A DNA stretch of 64,000 bases, from positions 104,842,001 through 104,906,000 of the forward strand of contig NC_043001.1 in assembly GCF_006345805.1 (NCBI RefSeq), written 5' to 3'. The number at the start of each line of letters is the position of its first letter. Within the stretch, counting starts at the first letter, position 1. The stretch is from Octopus sinensis (Eukaryota). Position numbers and translations under genes: made by a program. Below the pieces are notes generated by a model. It was given only the letters and a program-made list of their open reading frames with translations. It was not told the origin of the DNA and did no database searches. Below, piece by piece: positions 51,565 to 64,000 of this stretch.

Positions 51565-51793
51565 CATAATGGCTTGGACATATTAGTCGTATGGAAGATG
51601 GCAGAATCCCCAAGGACATACTCTACGGAGAGCTTGCTAGGGGCACTAGGTCTGTGGGAAGACCGTTCTTACGATACAAGGATGTTTGCAAAAGGGACAT
51701 GAAGGCCTGCGACATCAATATTAGCAACTGGGAAGCAGTTGCCAGCAACCATGGAGATTGGCAACGTACGTAAAAGAGGGGACACAAAGGAGT

Positions 51794-51880
<87 letters not shown>

Positions 51881-52095
51881 AATGGAAAGACAAGAAAAGA
51901 TGTCAACAAGAAACTATGACATTACATAGTCTTCGCTACATTTGCGGCACCTGCCAGAGGGAGTGTTTGTCGAGGATAGGAGTACACAGCCACAGCAGGA
52001 AATGTATTAGGACAGGAAATGTAAAAACCGGACTAGATTATTTTATGCGCAACTCCATTGTCTCCCGAGACAAAAAGGATGCTAACAACAACAAA
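51565..52095 (+). mobile_element. 5'-truncated RTE (BovB-like) LINE 3' end interrupted by (GA)n
   Basis: WLGHISRMEDGRIPKDILYGELARGTRSVGRPFLRYKDVCKRDM; zinc finger CGTCQRECLSRIGVHSHSRKC; tail ccattgtctcccgagacaaaaaggatgctaacaacaac. Confidence 0.88.
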
Positions 52096-52113
52096 ATAAT
52101 ATATATTTGTGTG

Positions 52114-52169
<56 letters not shown>

Positions 52170-52236
52170 CTAAACAATTGTTCGTTTGTTTTTCTCACCT
52201 GCCGTCGTCTTTTTTTTATTTCATAAAGCTTCCCGT

Positions 52237-52273
<37 letters not shown>

Positions 52274-53253
52274 TTGTGGATATATGCGCATATAAAATGT
52301 TGGAGTCTGTCGTAATGGACAGCTGAAGGCTCCACAGCTTTTTCTGAAAAGCTTGCACAAATGATTTGTTTATTGTAATGAAATGTTTGTACCGTACATT
52401 AATTCACGCTCTCCATCAAATCGACTTTGGCCAAACAGAAACAGGGTGTAACACGTATATGACTGCGCGCGCGTGTGTGTGATTCGCTGCATTGCTACTC
52501 CGTTGCTTCCCAGAATTCCCCGTGTGACACAATTCTAGATCACTTTAATCACTTAACTGCAACTGCATATATTAAATTCTCTTCCTAATCGTAAGCATTA
52601 TACAAATACATGCACTCGTTTTAGGACTTGATTAGGAGAAACTTTGTCTGGTTAACTGTCAGATTAATAAATTCTTAGTTTACTAATTGACAAAGTAAAA
52701 CATTGAAATCAGCAGAAAGTAGTGATGGTTTGCGTGGGAAAATAGAAAAGGAGAGTTGAAACTGAGGTGCCTGAATTTCTTCGGTGTTGTTACAAATATC
52801 AATAACACCGTCAACGTTACGGACTCTTGAAATTTATTTAAAAACTTTTGCGTTATAAATTTTATGAAGCCAACGTGTCAGGTATTAGATGCTTGGCTAT
52901 TCGAACGGAGCCGTTGTAATAACTGCTGTATTACTGAACAAGCAAAGATTTCAAGTTATTAACTCAAAATGGCTACAGCCACAAGGCCATTAAAACTTTA
53001 GTCCGCTTTCAATAAAGTGACTAATGAATAAAGAAAGCAAGACAATAAAACAGCCACGAAAATAAAAGCGTGTGAAAACTGCAGCCAAACAAATGAAAGA
53101 GGGAATGCATAAAAGCATTAAATATTTTAAGTAGAAAGTCAACTGTTTAACAAAACCCATAAAATTTCCTAAAACCATTTTTCTTATTGTTATTTTTTGC
53201 TGCAGTTAAGCTGCCAAATCCCTCATCTTCCCAACGTTTTACCCCACTCCCTA

Positions 53254-53300
<47 letters not shown>

Positions 53301-55525
53301 GCTAAATTCCTTTATAGGCCTGCAGGTTTCGCTGCATCACGGTCATTATCTTAAAATACTTTGCCTCGAAAATATCGGATGTTATCTATTCAATACATTT
53401 ATTACCAAAACTAAGCAACTATAAATTTTTGTAAACTGCAATACTTTTAGAGATTGCAATAAAAGAAAAGCTTCAAGAGCCTTCTAACTGTCACCAAAGT
53501 GATTCTCAAAGTATTTAATTACTGTTTTCTTCAACAAACATCGATCCTGTTTTATGCAAATTACAATGTATCCGGCATCTGTCCTGTTCCCCCTCTTCCC
53601 TCTCCCCAAATGCTGCATATGATGTATGATATCGTACTTTCGTTAATTGGTTTAGCTGCCAACGTAGTCACGAGTCGTCGTGGACATCCTCGCGGCCCTC
53701 TTACGTGGACCCAACGGAAAATCCGTTGTGTGATACATAGGAAGAGAGAGGGCTGCACCAGCGACCAGATAGGGTTCAATTACAGTCAAGGAAACCGAAG
53801 TGACATGAAATGAAGTGCTTTGCTGAAGGACACAAAGTGCTACCTTAGCCTTCTGAAGCCCTGATCTTTTAGCCACGAACCAAATATATGTTAACCACCA
53901 TGTCACGTGCCCTCACTCTAATGGCACATATCTCTTCTTTAACCCCTGGAAAATGCTGTAGGAAAAGAATATTATCGACTTCAGTGATTTCATGCATGGC
54001 AATCGCTGAGTAGTAGTGCTATAATCGATCGGTGTAAATTATATCTGTTACCAATTTGATCAATACAATAACGATGAAAGGCAAGGTCAGTTTTATTGGG
54101 GTTTGGTAGGAAATGACCCATAAAATTGCAGGGTATTTGGCTAAGCACCTCCCATTTTGGTTACTTTACCTCATCATCTTAGACACTACCAAGACTTTGA
54201 CAGGGAGCGGCAATGGAAAATATTTAAACTCTCTCTCTCTTTCTCTGTCTCTCTCGCATCTCTCTCTCTCTGCGTTTATCTGTGTTACTATTACACATTG
54301 ATTACTAATGAGTCTATTTCATGCTATTGGGATAAAGTTTCTTCAATCTTTATTTTATTTATACTGATATCTCATGCTTCATAATCCCTCTTTATGTTTC
54401 CCTCTTTGTTTTAAACTACTAATTATACCAATATGTTTCTATGTCGGCACAATCTACCTTTATTCCCTGTCATTTTCATCCATATTTTCTTAACTAAATT
54501 TCTTCGCAAAAACTGTATCCTTTTATAGCACAAACACTTCAACATCCATTGACTGACGTGAGAATCAGAGTTTAATTTATCGTCTCAACAAAAGTTACCT
54601 TAGAGCTTTGAATTATATTTTCCATAAGTCTTAACTGTAAGATTCGTTTACGGAATGGATAATATAGTGTCGTAGTAAATACTTAGCATAATGTAGATGT
54701 GTCACAATTTTCGGGTGAGATTGAATTTATAATGGCAAATTAGACGAAATGGCTGATGAAACATTTTTTTGCTTTCTAGAACTGCTTATGTCAATTTTGT
54801 GAGTCTCCTGGCGGCCAGTTAGTGTTGAAGTGGAAACCGAGAATGAGTATATCTCAGGATTTTTAGGACTAAATTGGGTCTGGTTGCAGTGGTAAACACT
54901 AGCCCTTCCATTGTCACATCGTATTTGCTGGTTTGTATAGAATCAGTGATACTAAGCCTGTCCACGTGTTGTGATTTTTGTGGTGTGATTTATTTGATCG
55001 CTTTGGGCGACTAGACCAATCCCTCATTGATTGAATATATCGTTTATGTATTCAGGGAAAATTACAGTCATCGATTACTTTTATAAGACACCAAATTCGA
55101 TTTTTTTTTTATCTTGAGGCTTTTCCTTCAAGCTATTCTTTAAAATGAGATGTCGAATACAAAAGTTCCTTTTGAGAATCATGGAATTATGACACCGGCA
55201 AAGTTAATGCAAATGTCTTTTAAAAGACACTAAGTAGCTTTTTAACTCTAGTTCTTTGCACATACACAAACATATGCATACACTCGTATGTACGCACACA
55301 TATACACACATATAAGTAGTGTGATTATGCATACATATAATGAGACATACATTCATATACATACAAACAAACAAACACATACACATCTGAATACAAATGT
55401 ACATACATACATACATGCATACAACATACATACATAGATACATACATACATACTTGCAAAAGACGAAGACGGGTGTGTAAACAACAAACCGATGTATTAG
55501 TTTAATGCTCGGGAAGTGAGAAAAT

Positions 55526-55561
55526 CTTTTACGTTTCGAGCCTACGCTCTTCAACAGGAAG
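55526..55561 (-). ncRNA. Hammerhead-like motif with A6U core (second copy)
   Basis: Minus strand reads cttc-CTGTTGA-a-gagc(gtag)gctc-GAAA-cg-TA-aaag. Confidence 0.6.
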
Positions 55562-57050
55562 GAAATTAGATATCATTTGAAAACATCGCTGCACAATTTG
55601 GTAAGAAAGCAAACAAGATTAATTATTAAAGTTTGTTAAATTAATTTGTATAGAAATATTTCTAGGAAAAGTCAGCACTTTCATAGCTACACAAACAAAC
55701 ACGCCTATTTCTGCTACATATATGCACACACACACATCCGAACGTTCATACACACATACATACTTATATACATGTACATACACATACGTAGAACCATACA
55801 CACTTCAATACACGTGTGCGTGCGTAGCTGCGCGCGTGTGTGAAGGTAGACTGAGTGTATGAGTTGTTTCCTACAATCTTCCTGGTTGTTGATCGTTTAG
55901 CAAGATATATATTCATTTTATATACACTGACATACATAAATACATACATTCGCATATATACAGACACAAATACAGGCATACGTATGAATGTGCATACTTA
56001 CGTATGTAATTACATACACACATTGCAACCCGTAGATACACTCGTGTATATATATATACATATATACATACATAGATGTTTGAGAAAAGCACCATTCTGT
56101 CAAAATATACATGATTTACGTGTTACACCCAGTTGATATGTCATAACAGATCTTTTTCTAATTATCGTCGCTGTTTTCCGTTTTCTTTTCCTTCCTTCCC
56201 CCGCTTATTATATGATTTACTTAATAGAAAAATATAGGTGTTGTGCACACCGATACGAATTTATATACATCAACTCTACATCATAAACCATAACGACAAT
56301 CACCATCATCATCATCATCATCAGCTTAACTTCCACTGTCATTGTCATCACCATCGATTTATCACACTTAGAACAACAACGCATACATAGACACAAACAC
56401 GGGAAGAAAAACTGAAAATAAATTTAATAACAAACAAGGAAAATCGCAAAAAAAAAAAATATCGTCACTTCCCGTTCACGCGCACAAATTCAGACTCAGA
56501 CGAACAGATTATCAATGGTTGAGTTTGCAAAAGATTTTAGCAAATTTTGGCAACGCTTCTCAAAATCACAAAATTACATTAAATTTTCTAAGGTAGAAGA
56601 AAAATATTTCATGAAAGATACTGTTTTTTTTTTTTGATATATAAGTAACGTGAAAAATATATTAATATCTATATTAATATAATTTGTCTGTCTGCACACC
56701 ACTCTATCTCATTAATAAATATATATTTACTTTTTGCATTCCACCAATTCTATAATGTATCATTAAACTTTTATTGGATAAACACACACACTCACACACA
56801 CACGCATATATATACATACATACATACATACACACACACGCATATATATACATACACATACACACATATATAAATATGTATTTAGACACATACATGTATG
56901 TATATATACGAATATAAAGTGTTGTATATATATATATGTTTGCGTGTGTATGTGTGTGTGCATGTAAGTATTTTCTTATGTATATGTATACATATATTTG
57001 AATGTTTATACATACCCATATATATATGTTTGCACATTTATATATATATA

Positions 57051-58566
57051 AACAGGGAAACAGATCCCTCGCAGTCAACTATCGCCTAATCTCACTCACC
57101 TCCCATATCATTAAAGTGTTTGAAAGAGTGTTAAGATCAAGGATAGCTGACTTCCTGGAGACCCACAAACTCCTAAATTCAAATCAGCATGGCTTTCGCT
57201 GTGGCAGGGACTGTCTAACACAGCTCTTACACCACATGAAGATGTACTCAAAGCCTTGGGAACAGGTTCGAACTCTGACGTCATATACCTTGACTTCAGT
57301 AAAGCGTTCGACAGGGTAGACCATAACATCCTACTCTCAAAATTGGCAAATGTTGGAATCCGTGGAAAAGTTCTACACTGGATTAGTATTTCCTAGCGAA
57401 TAGAACACAACATGTTGTAGTTGATGGAGTCCCATTCAACCCAGCAAAAGTCACCAGCGGTGTTCCCCAGGGAACTGTTTTGGGTCCGCTACTCTTCATA
57501 ATTTATGTAAACGACCTTCCAGTGTCGTACATCACTGCAAGTGAAAATATTCGCTGATGACACTAAGCTCCAGCAAATCGTCAATGAAGAAGCAGACCGA
57601 ACTCAACTCCAGTCTGACCTATATGCTGTGAGTCAATGGGCAGACAGAAACAAAATGCAACTGAATGAGGGAAAATTTGAACTGATGCATTTTGGAAGAA
57701 ATTCCTCACTAAAAAACCATACTCTCTTCCTTCAGGGGAACCGCTCACAGCCTCTAACAATATCAGAGACCTGGGTGTAATTGTTGATGACGATCTCAGT
57801 TGGAGTGCACACATCAACAAGAAGGTCGATACAGCTCGTAGGATGAGTTCCTGGATCTTAAGAACTTTCCGGTCCAGAGAACAAGGTGTCATCATACCAC
57901 TTTTTTCATCCTTTGTACGGCCCACACTTGAATACTGCTGCCCACTGTGGTCTCCTCACACAAGACAAAACATCTCCAGAATTGAGTCACCCCAGAGGGC
58001 TCTCACTAAACAAATTGAAGGCATGGCTGCTCTCGACTATTGGGATCGCCTTAAAGCCTTGAAACTTTACTCCCTCCAGCGTCGCCGTGAGCGGTACATC
58101 ATTTGTACGATGTGGAAAAATACCGCCAACTTTGCCCAAACGACCTAAACATTAGCTTCAAGGTTCATCCTAGACTTGGACCACGGGCTATACGTCCCCT
58201 GCCAAATTCAAGATCACAACATACATGTACACTGCAACATAATTTCTTTTCCTCAACAGGCCCTGCCCTATTTAACATTGTCCCGAGGGAGATCAAAGAG
58301 GAAAAGGATCCCATCAACTTCAAACAGAGTCTGGATAGATTCCTTCAAAGAATACCAGATAAGCCACCCATAATTGGATACAACTCACCCAACAAGAACT
58401 CACTACTTGAACAAAACTGGATACAACTCACCCAACAAGAACTCACTACTTGAACAAAACTTGACTTAAACAGGATTCGAATAATCCTATCAGGTGGTGC
58501 TATTAAATTAGACATGGCCTGGACCAATCTCTGGTCGAAACATAACTAAGTTTTATCTAAGTTTTA
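57051..58566 (+). mobile_element. 5'-truncated CR1-clade LINE (reverse transcriptase pseudogene, frameshifted)
   Basis: NYRLISLTSHIIKVFE, QHGFR, YLDFSKAFDRVDH, SGVPQGTVLGPLLF, IFADDTKL, VRPTLEYCCPLWSP, SLQRRRER; (ctaagtttta)2 tail; (TA)n on both sides. Confidence 0.93.
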
Positions 58567-58602
58567 TATATATATATATATATATTTGGGAGTTACAGAA
58601 TA

Positions 58603-58717
58603 GAGTAGATAAGATCCGGGTCACATGTCTCATAGCGAGCGGAACCTCAGAAGTGGTCTTACCACTTCTGAGGCTCTGCTCGCTATGAAACATGTGTAGC
58701 CTAGATCTTATCTACTC
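58603..58717. repeat. 115-nt long hairpin with arms of about 55 bp and a 3-nt loop
   Basis: gagtagataagatc...cacatgt.tcatagcgagc.ga.cctcagaagtggt / ctt / mirror arm. Confidence 0.85.
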
Positions 58718-58920
58718 CATCCTTATTCGCACACCTGGCAAGCGTGGTCGCCTACTGTGAAATATAAAAGAACTATTTTTCAGTCTCTCATACTTCGATA
58801 AGAAAAGAATCCACGACCTCCCATCTCAATAAACCACCATTGTCCCTGAAAGTTGTTTTTTATATTTACTATAGTTTGCTTGAAGCTAACTTCTCTCCCT
58901 AACAGCTGATCCCTGGATCT

Positions 58921-58962
<42 letters not shown>

Positions 58963-59014
58963 ATATATATAGATATATATATATATATATATAATATATA
59001 TATATACATATATA

Positions 59015-59420
59015 TGCTCTTTTACTCTTTACTTGTTTCAGTCATTTGACTGCGGCTATGCTGGAGCACCGCCTTTAGTCGAGCAAATCGACCCCGGGAC
59101 TTATTCTTTGTAAGCCCAGTACTTATTCTATCGGTCTATTTTGCCGAACTGCTAGATGACGGGGATGTAAACACACCAGCATCGGTTGTCAGCAATGCTA
59201 GCGGGACAAACACAGACACACAAACACATATTCACATATATATATATACATATATACGACAGGCTTCTTTCAGTTTCCGTCTACCAAATCCACTCACAGG
59301 GCATTGGTCGGCCCGGGGCTATAGCAGAAGACACTTGCCCAAGATGCCACGCAGTGGGACTGAACCCGGAACCATGTGGTTGGTTAGGAAGCTACTTACC
59401 ACACAGCCACTCGTGCGCCT
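59015..59420 (-). mobile_element. SINE family B, full-length reference-quality copy
   Basis: Minus strand: ggcgcacgagtggctgtgtggtaagtagc head, gcatcttgggcaagtgtctt CORE-like block, internal TA/GT tract, tail ending gaaacaagtaaaagagtaaaagag. Confidence 0.9.
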
Positions 59421-59519
59421 ATATATATATATATATGATGGTTGTCTACTCCTTATGCAGAGTTTGGCCACCTCTTGTATACCTACACCTTATTACCATC
59501 ATAGCATCTGATGTGGATT

Positions 59520-60240
59520 TGTAAACCAGATAATGTTCTGAAAAGACACCCACATAGATTGCATATCTGATTTGGACCAGCAAGAGCTGCAGTTAAGTTC
59601 TGATGTTTGTGGATCTCAAAACGTATTTTGAGGCCTCCATTGGATTTGCAAATCTTCTGGCATACGCTGCATTCAAAGGTTTGCACATACATATAGGCAA
59701 ATAGTTGGTGGAGGTCGGTTTTCCATGTTTTCGCAGATGAGTTTTGAGGCCAGCAAAAGACAAGCATGGTCTCTCACAGACTGCACACATAAAGGTCATT
59801 GTCATTCACCTTCTCGATCGTTATATTCTTCCTTAGATCTCTTTTGAGTCTTGTATTATCCTGGCCTCTTCAAATGCTTTCACTTCACTCTTTTGTTCGC
59901 CATCCAGCTCGATCTGAAGCATGTCTTCTAGATCCATTCCAAGTAACTTCGTATTAGTCCTTATCCTGTCCTTAAACTTGTTTCAGGTTTACGGCGATTG
60001 TATTTCCTCTCTGCAAGATCACCATAAAATAGCTGTTTCGGCATGCGTTCATCCGCCATCCGAACAATATGGCCACACCATCTCATTTGGTTCCTCAAAA
60101 TCATAGCTTTGAGGTTATGCCTGCAGATGCAAGGACATCTGTGTTTGGAGTAAAAGAACTCCATTTAATTGTGCAATGCCCGAAGGTTACGGAACTGTGG
60201 GCTTATGTCGAACACCTGCAGTCACATTCGAGAAGAATGC
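59520..60240 (-). mobile_element. RTE-type LINE 3' fragment with three C2H2-like fingers
   Basis: QMRWCGHIVRMADERMPKQLFYGDL; CAVCERPCLSFAGLKTHLRKH, CSVCQKICKSNGGLKIRFEIH, CNLCGCLFRTLSGLQIHIRCY (frameshifted). Confidence 0.85.
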
Positions 60241-60609
60241 AACTGTCGAGCGAACCTATAATTAAGATTGTTCTGCTGCATCCCCCTAAATAGGGAAGAA
60301 CAGGCTTGTCTTCTCTCGGTAGTTACTGTTGCGAAGGAGGTAGTATAGGAAACGAGAGTGAAAGGGATTGCGACAGGCATTTTTATCTCCAGCCTTGGGT
60401 TAGTTAGCTTTTTTCTTTTCCACTTGACAAGAAAAATAAGAACGGTGAAGAAATGCCTGTCGCAAAGTGTTTCGTAAAAGATGGAAGACTGTAACAAGTA
60501 TGTTCAGAGTGAAAGAACCTGTTTAAGCGAGAACTTAAAAAAGGAACACAAAGTCTTCATTGTGAGAATGTGGTTTGTGGGGTCAACCATATTTTGTTAA
60601 TCATACATT

Positions 60610-60709
60610 NNNNNNNNNNNNNNNNNNNNNNNNNNNNNNNNNNNNNNNNNNNNNNNNNNNNNNNNNNNNNNNNNNNNNNNNNNNNNNNNNNNNNNNNNNN
60701 NNNNNNNNN
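60610..60709. other. Assembly gap (100 N)
   Basis: Run of N. Confidence 1.
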
Positions 60710-61849
60710 TGTATACTTCAATATCACAGAGATATATGAACAAACGCATACATACATACATATATACATACATACATACGTACATACATACATACATACA
60801 TTATATATACATACATACATACATACATACAACATACTACTACACATACATACATACACATACATACATACATACAACATATATATACATATACTGCACA
60901 CATCAACATACATACATACATACATACATACATGCATCCACACACATACATACATAATACATACATACATATATAACAAAATTATACATACATATATATA
61001 ATTACTACATACATATACATACATATATATATATACATACATACAATACATATATACTCATACTAATACACTACATATATACATACAATATATACATATA
61101 TAGATATATTATAATATAATATATATATATTAAAACATACATACATGCACACTACAACATCACATACATACATACATACATACAATACAACATACATACA
61201 TACATACATACATACATACATACATACATACATACATGGAAGTCAGATAAATGTTCACATCCAAGCAGCCAGATAAACGCACACAAAGTTCGTCAAACAC
61301 AGAAATACGCAGATCCTCGCTCACTCTTGTATTATATATCGAGATGTTTATGTATGCGTAACATATCGAGAAGGAAGAAGGATTGCATTAATATAATTAC
61401 AATTTCCTTTACAAGTGTAACAAAAGTGACAAGACAAACACTAAGAACACACAGTTTTAAACAGAAGCTTTCGTACGGACAGACTGCAACGACCGGGAAA
61501 ATTAATTAGACTGGGTCATGAGATATTCCTAAGGGCAGCTATAATTGACTTTCACCTAGAGAGTAAACTAAGACCAAATAGTCAATTCTTAATATAACAT
61601 AAGAAGTAGCTTTCACAAATTTACACGTTCGTCACAAGACTTTTAGTATCAAAAGTCCAGCATCAGAATTCATTGATGCACGTGTAACATTCCGGAAAGA
61701 ACAGCGAATATTTATTGTTAATCGATAAATTCTTTCAACCCAAGAACGACAGTCGCTCATTCTAACATGGAAATATTTGGGTAGTTTTTAGTTTAGTTGT
61801 TGGTGATGATGTTGCTTGGAGGTATGTTATTATTACCTAATATTAGTTC

Positions 61850-62225
61850 GTTCGTCATTGTCGACGATGACCAAGAATATCAGATGGGAGAAGAAGCCGG
61901 GGCAGGGTGTATCGGGCCATTGTGATGCGTGCTCGGAATACTGTGCCGCAGGTTAAGGAATGGTAGACTGCTGGAAATTAAGGCAAGCAGTTAGCTCTGG
62001 ATTTGCGTAGTTCACGTTTCTTTTACACCTTTGTTCTGTTCGTAAGAGGTGGCACCCTTCTTGGTGCAGCTTTGCCAGCCAGGGCGGTCATGTGCTGCGT
62101 TTCCCAGGTGAAGTTCTGAGTCCGTCCTTGAAGCGCTTTTTCTGTCCACTTTGGGGAGCCACGTGTCAGGCATTCGAACAAGGTGGCCTGCCCACCTAAC
62201 TTGCGCTCTCTTCAACAGACCTAAG
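61850..62225 (-). mobile_element. RTE-type LINE 3' fragment with internal deletions
   Basis: MKRAQVRWAGHLVRMPDTWLP...AAHDRPGWQSCTKKGA. Confidence 0.75.
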
Positions 62226-62519
62226 ATCTCAAAAATTCAAAACAGGTGCCTACTAATACATCATGTATTATGATTTGAGGGAGATGTGGTTGTTAGTTTT
62301 AGCCGATCGAACGGCTACGTAGACGCTTCCTCGTCTAATCTACCTACTTGGTTATGTAGACAATAAAGTGAATGACCCTTTTTTTTTATATGCCAGCGGT
62401 TCCCAACCCTTTTTGTTTTTACCAATAGATCCCTTTGGTTATTATTTTGCACGAGGCTGGGACCCTCATAGTCATTCACTGTCCTAAGGTATTATAGTAT
62501 TAAATAGTATTAGGAATTG

Positions 62520-62696
62520 CCGCTACGTTCTGAGTTCAAATTCCGCCGAGGTCGACTTTGCCTTTCATCCTTTCGGGGTCGATTAAATAAGTACCAGTTA
62601 CGCACTGGGGTCGATATAATCGACTTAATCCGTTTGTCTGTCCTTGTTTGTCCTTTCTGTGTTTAGCCCCTTGTGGGTAGTAAAGAAATAGGTATT
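62520..62696 (+). mobile_element. 5'-truncated SINE family A, alpha tail, probably inside a hAT-like MITE
   Basis: gccgctacgttctgagttcaaattcc...gtagtaaagaaatagg; cagcggttcccaacc upstream near 62397. Confidence 0.85.
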
Positions 62697-63077
62697 GTAT
62701 TAAATAAACGCTGAAATAAATATTTTGTGTATTAAAACCAGTATATTGCAAATCAATTTTAACAAAATCTTATACTGACCCCCACCACCCAAAGGTCAAC
62801 TGCAGCCTAGTTGAGAGCCCCCCGTTATGAACCAAAAGCAATGTGAAGGGATTTTCGACAGACAAGAAAGTTAACCAAGCGTTTACGTCGGTGAAAGGAA
62901 AGCGTCGCTTCTTGTAAATGAAAGCAAATTAATGTTCACACCAGATATCAGGAACCGATTGCGCCACTGACGCCATTTCTCTGTGATTGCTCGACCTGTT
63001 AGAAATAGAAGCCAATTGCACCTTGCAATAATATATTACATTTTAAACAAAGGAACGACACTTTGCACAAAGTAAAC

Positions 63078-63300
<223 letters not shown>

Positions 63301-63867
63301 ATTCAGATTCTTTGCATATATAGCGGTAGGCTACATTTTCTAGCACTAAAGCAATCGTTTGCAGAGCAGTTGATTCTATTTCCGATTTGGCAGAGATTTA
63401 TATAGATCTCCCTCGTTTGCACTCGGAACCATTGATGTTCGTTGCCAAGATGGACTCCCTGGAAATAAGCGGAAGAAATATTAAGAGGAACATGGAGCAG
63501 CACAAAGCGTGCTGAATGCGGAAGACAGTTTTTATGTACGTACACATTAGTTCACTGTCACACATGCATACACACGCATACAGACACACACAGCATACAC
63601 ACATATACACACAAACATATACGTGCGAATATTACTATAGCAACCAAATAAAGAATTGCATTGTCTCTGATAAGGTATATACATTTATGAATGATAACAG
63701 CACCATCTGTAAAATACTATGGCTGACGTTCACTTTAATAGACACAGCTTAGCATTTTCTAATATTTTTGAAAATATTTGTAATGTCTTTTAATGAGGTA
63801 TTCATCCATTCTATGACGTATTGATACATATGAGGGCGCTTGGTTTACTGGTTAGGGGTCTGTACTA

Positions 63868-63999
<132 letters not shown>

Positions 64000-64000
64000 T

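Noticed and set aside
57545-57556. CTGATGA inside the LINE
   Set aside because: It encodes the ADD of the RT motif FADD and has no ribozyme stems.
63344-63515. Possible terminal exon (TKAIVCRAVDSISDLAEIYIDLPRLHSEP...)
   Set aside because: Open frames exist on both strands, there is no recognisable family, and the acceptor is modest; it needs RNA-seq.

Overview
AT-rich, microsatellite-saturated eukaryotic non-coding DNA. The SINE families and repeat landscape suggest a coleoid cephalopod, probably Octopus (inference). No host protein-coding gene could be supported: most ORFs in the track are translations of (TA)n/(CA)n/(TATC)n/(CATA)n/triplet arrays. The only recognisable protein-coding remnants are transposon-derived: a near full-length but disrupted Tc1/mariner (22549-23807), a 5'-truncated CR1-type LINE (57051-58566) and three RTE-type LINE 3' fragments. 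There are more than 30 tRNA-derived SINE copies from about four families, several MITEs (one hAT with a perfect 8-bp TSD) and a 100-N gap. The main unexplained signal is a dense set (about 13 in 64 kb) of minimal type I hammerhead-ribozyme motifs with palindromic stem III, as described for Penelope-like elements. They sit in several unrelated short, TA-flanked and often fold-back elements and show recurrent core variants (U4C, a compensatory U3-A8 pair, and A6U in both copies of one family). One 165-bp palindrome encodes a hammerhead on each strand. There is also a roughly 537-bp inverted duplication 6.5 kb apart and several long hairpins. Everything was read by eye; ribozyme activity and transcription are untested and SINE boundaries are approximate.
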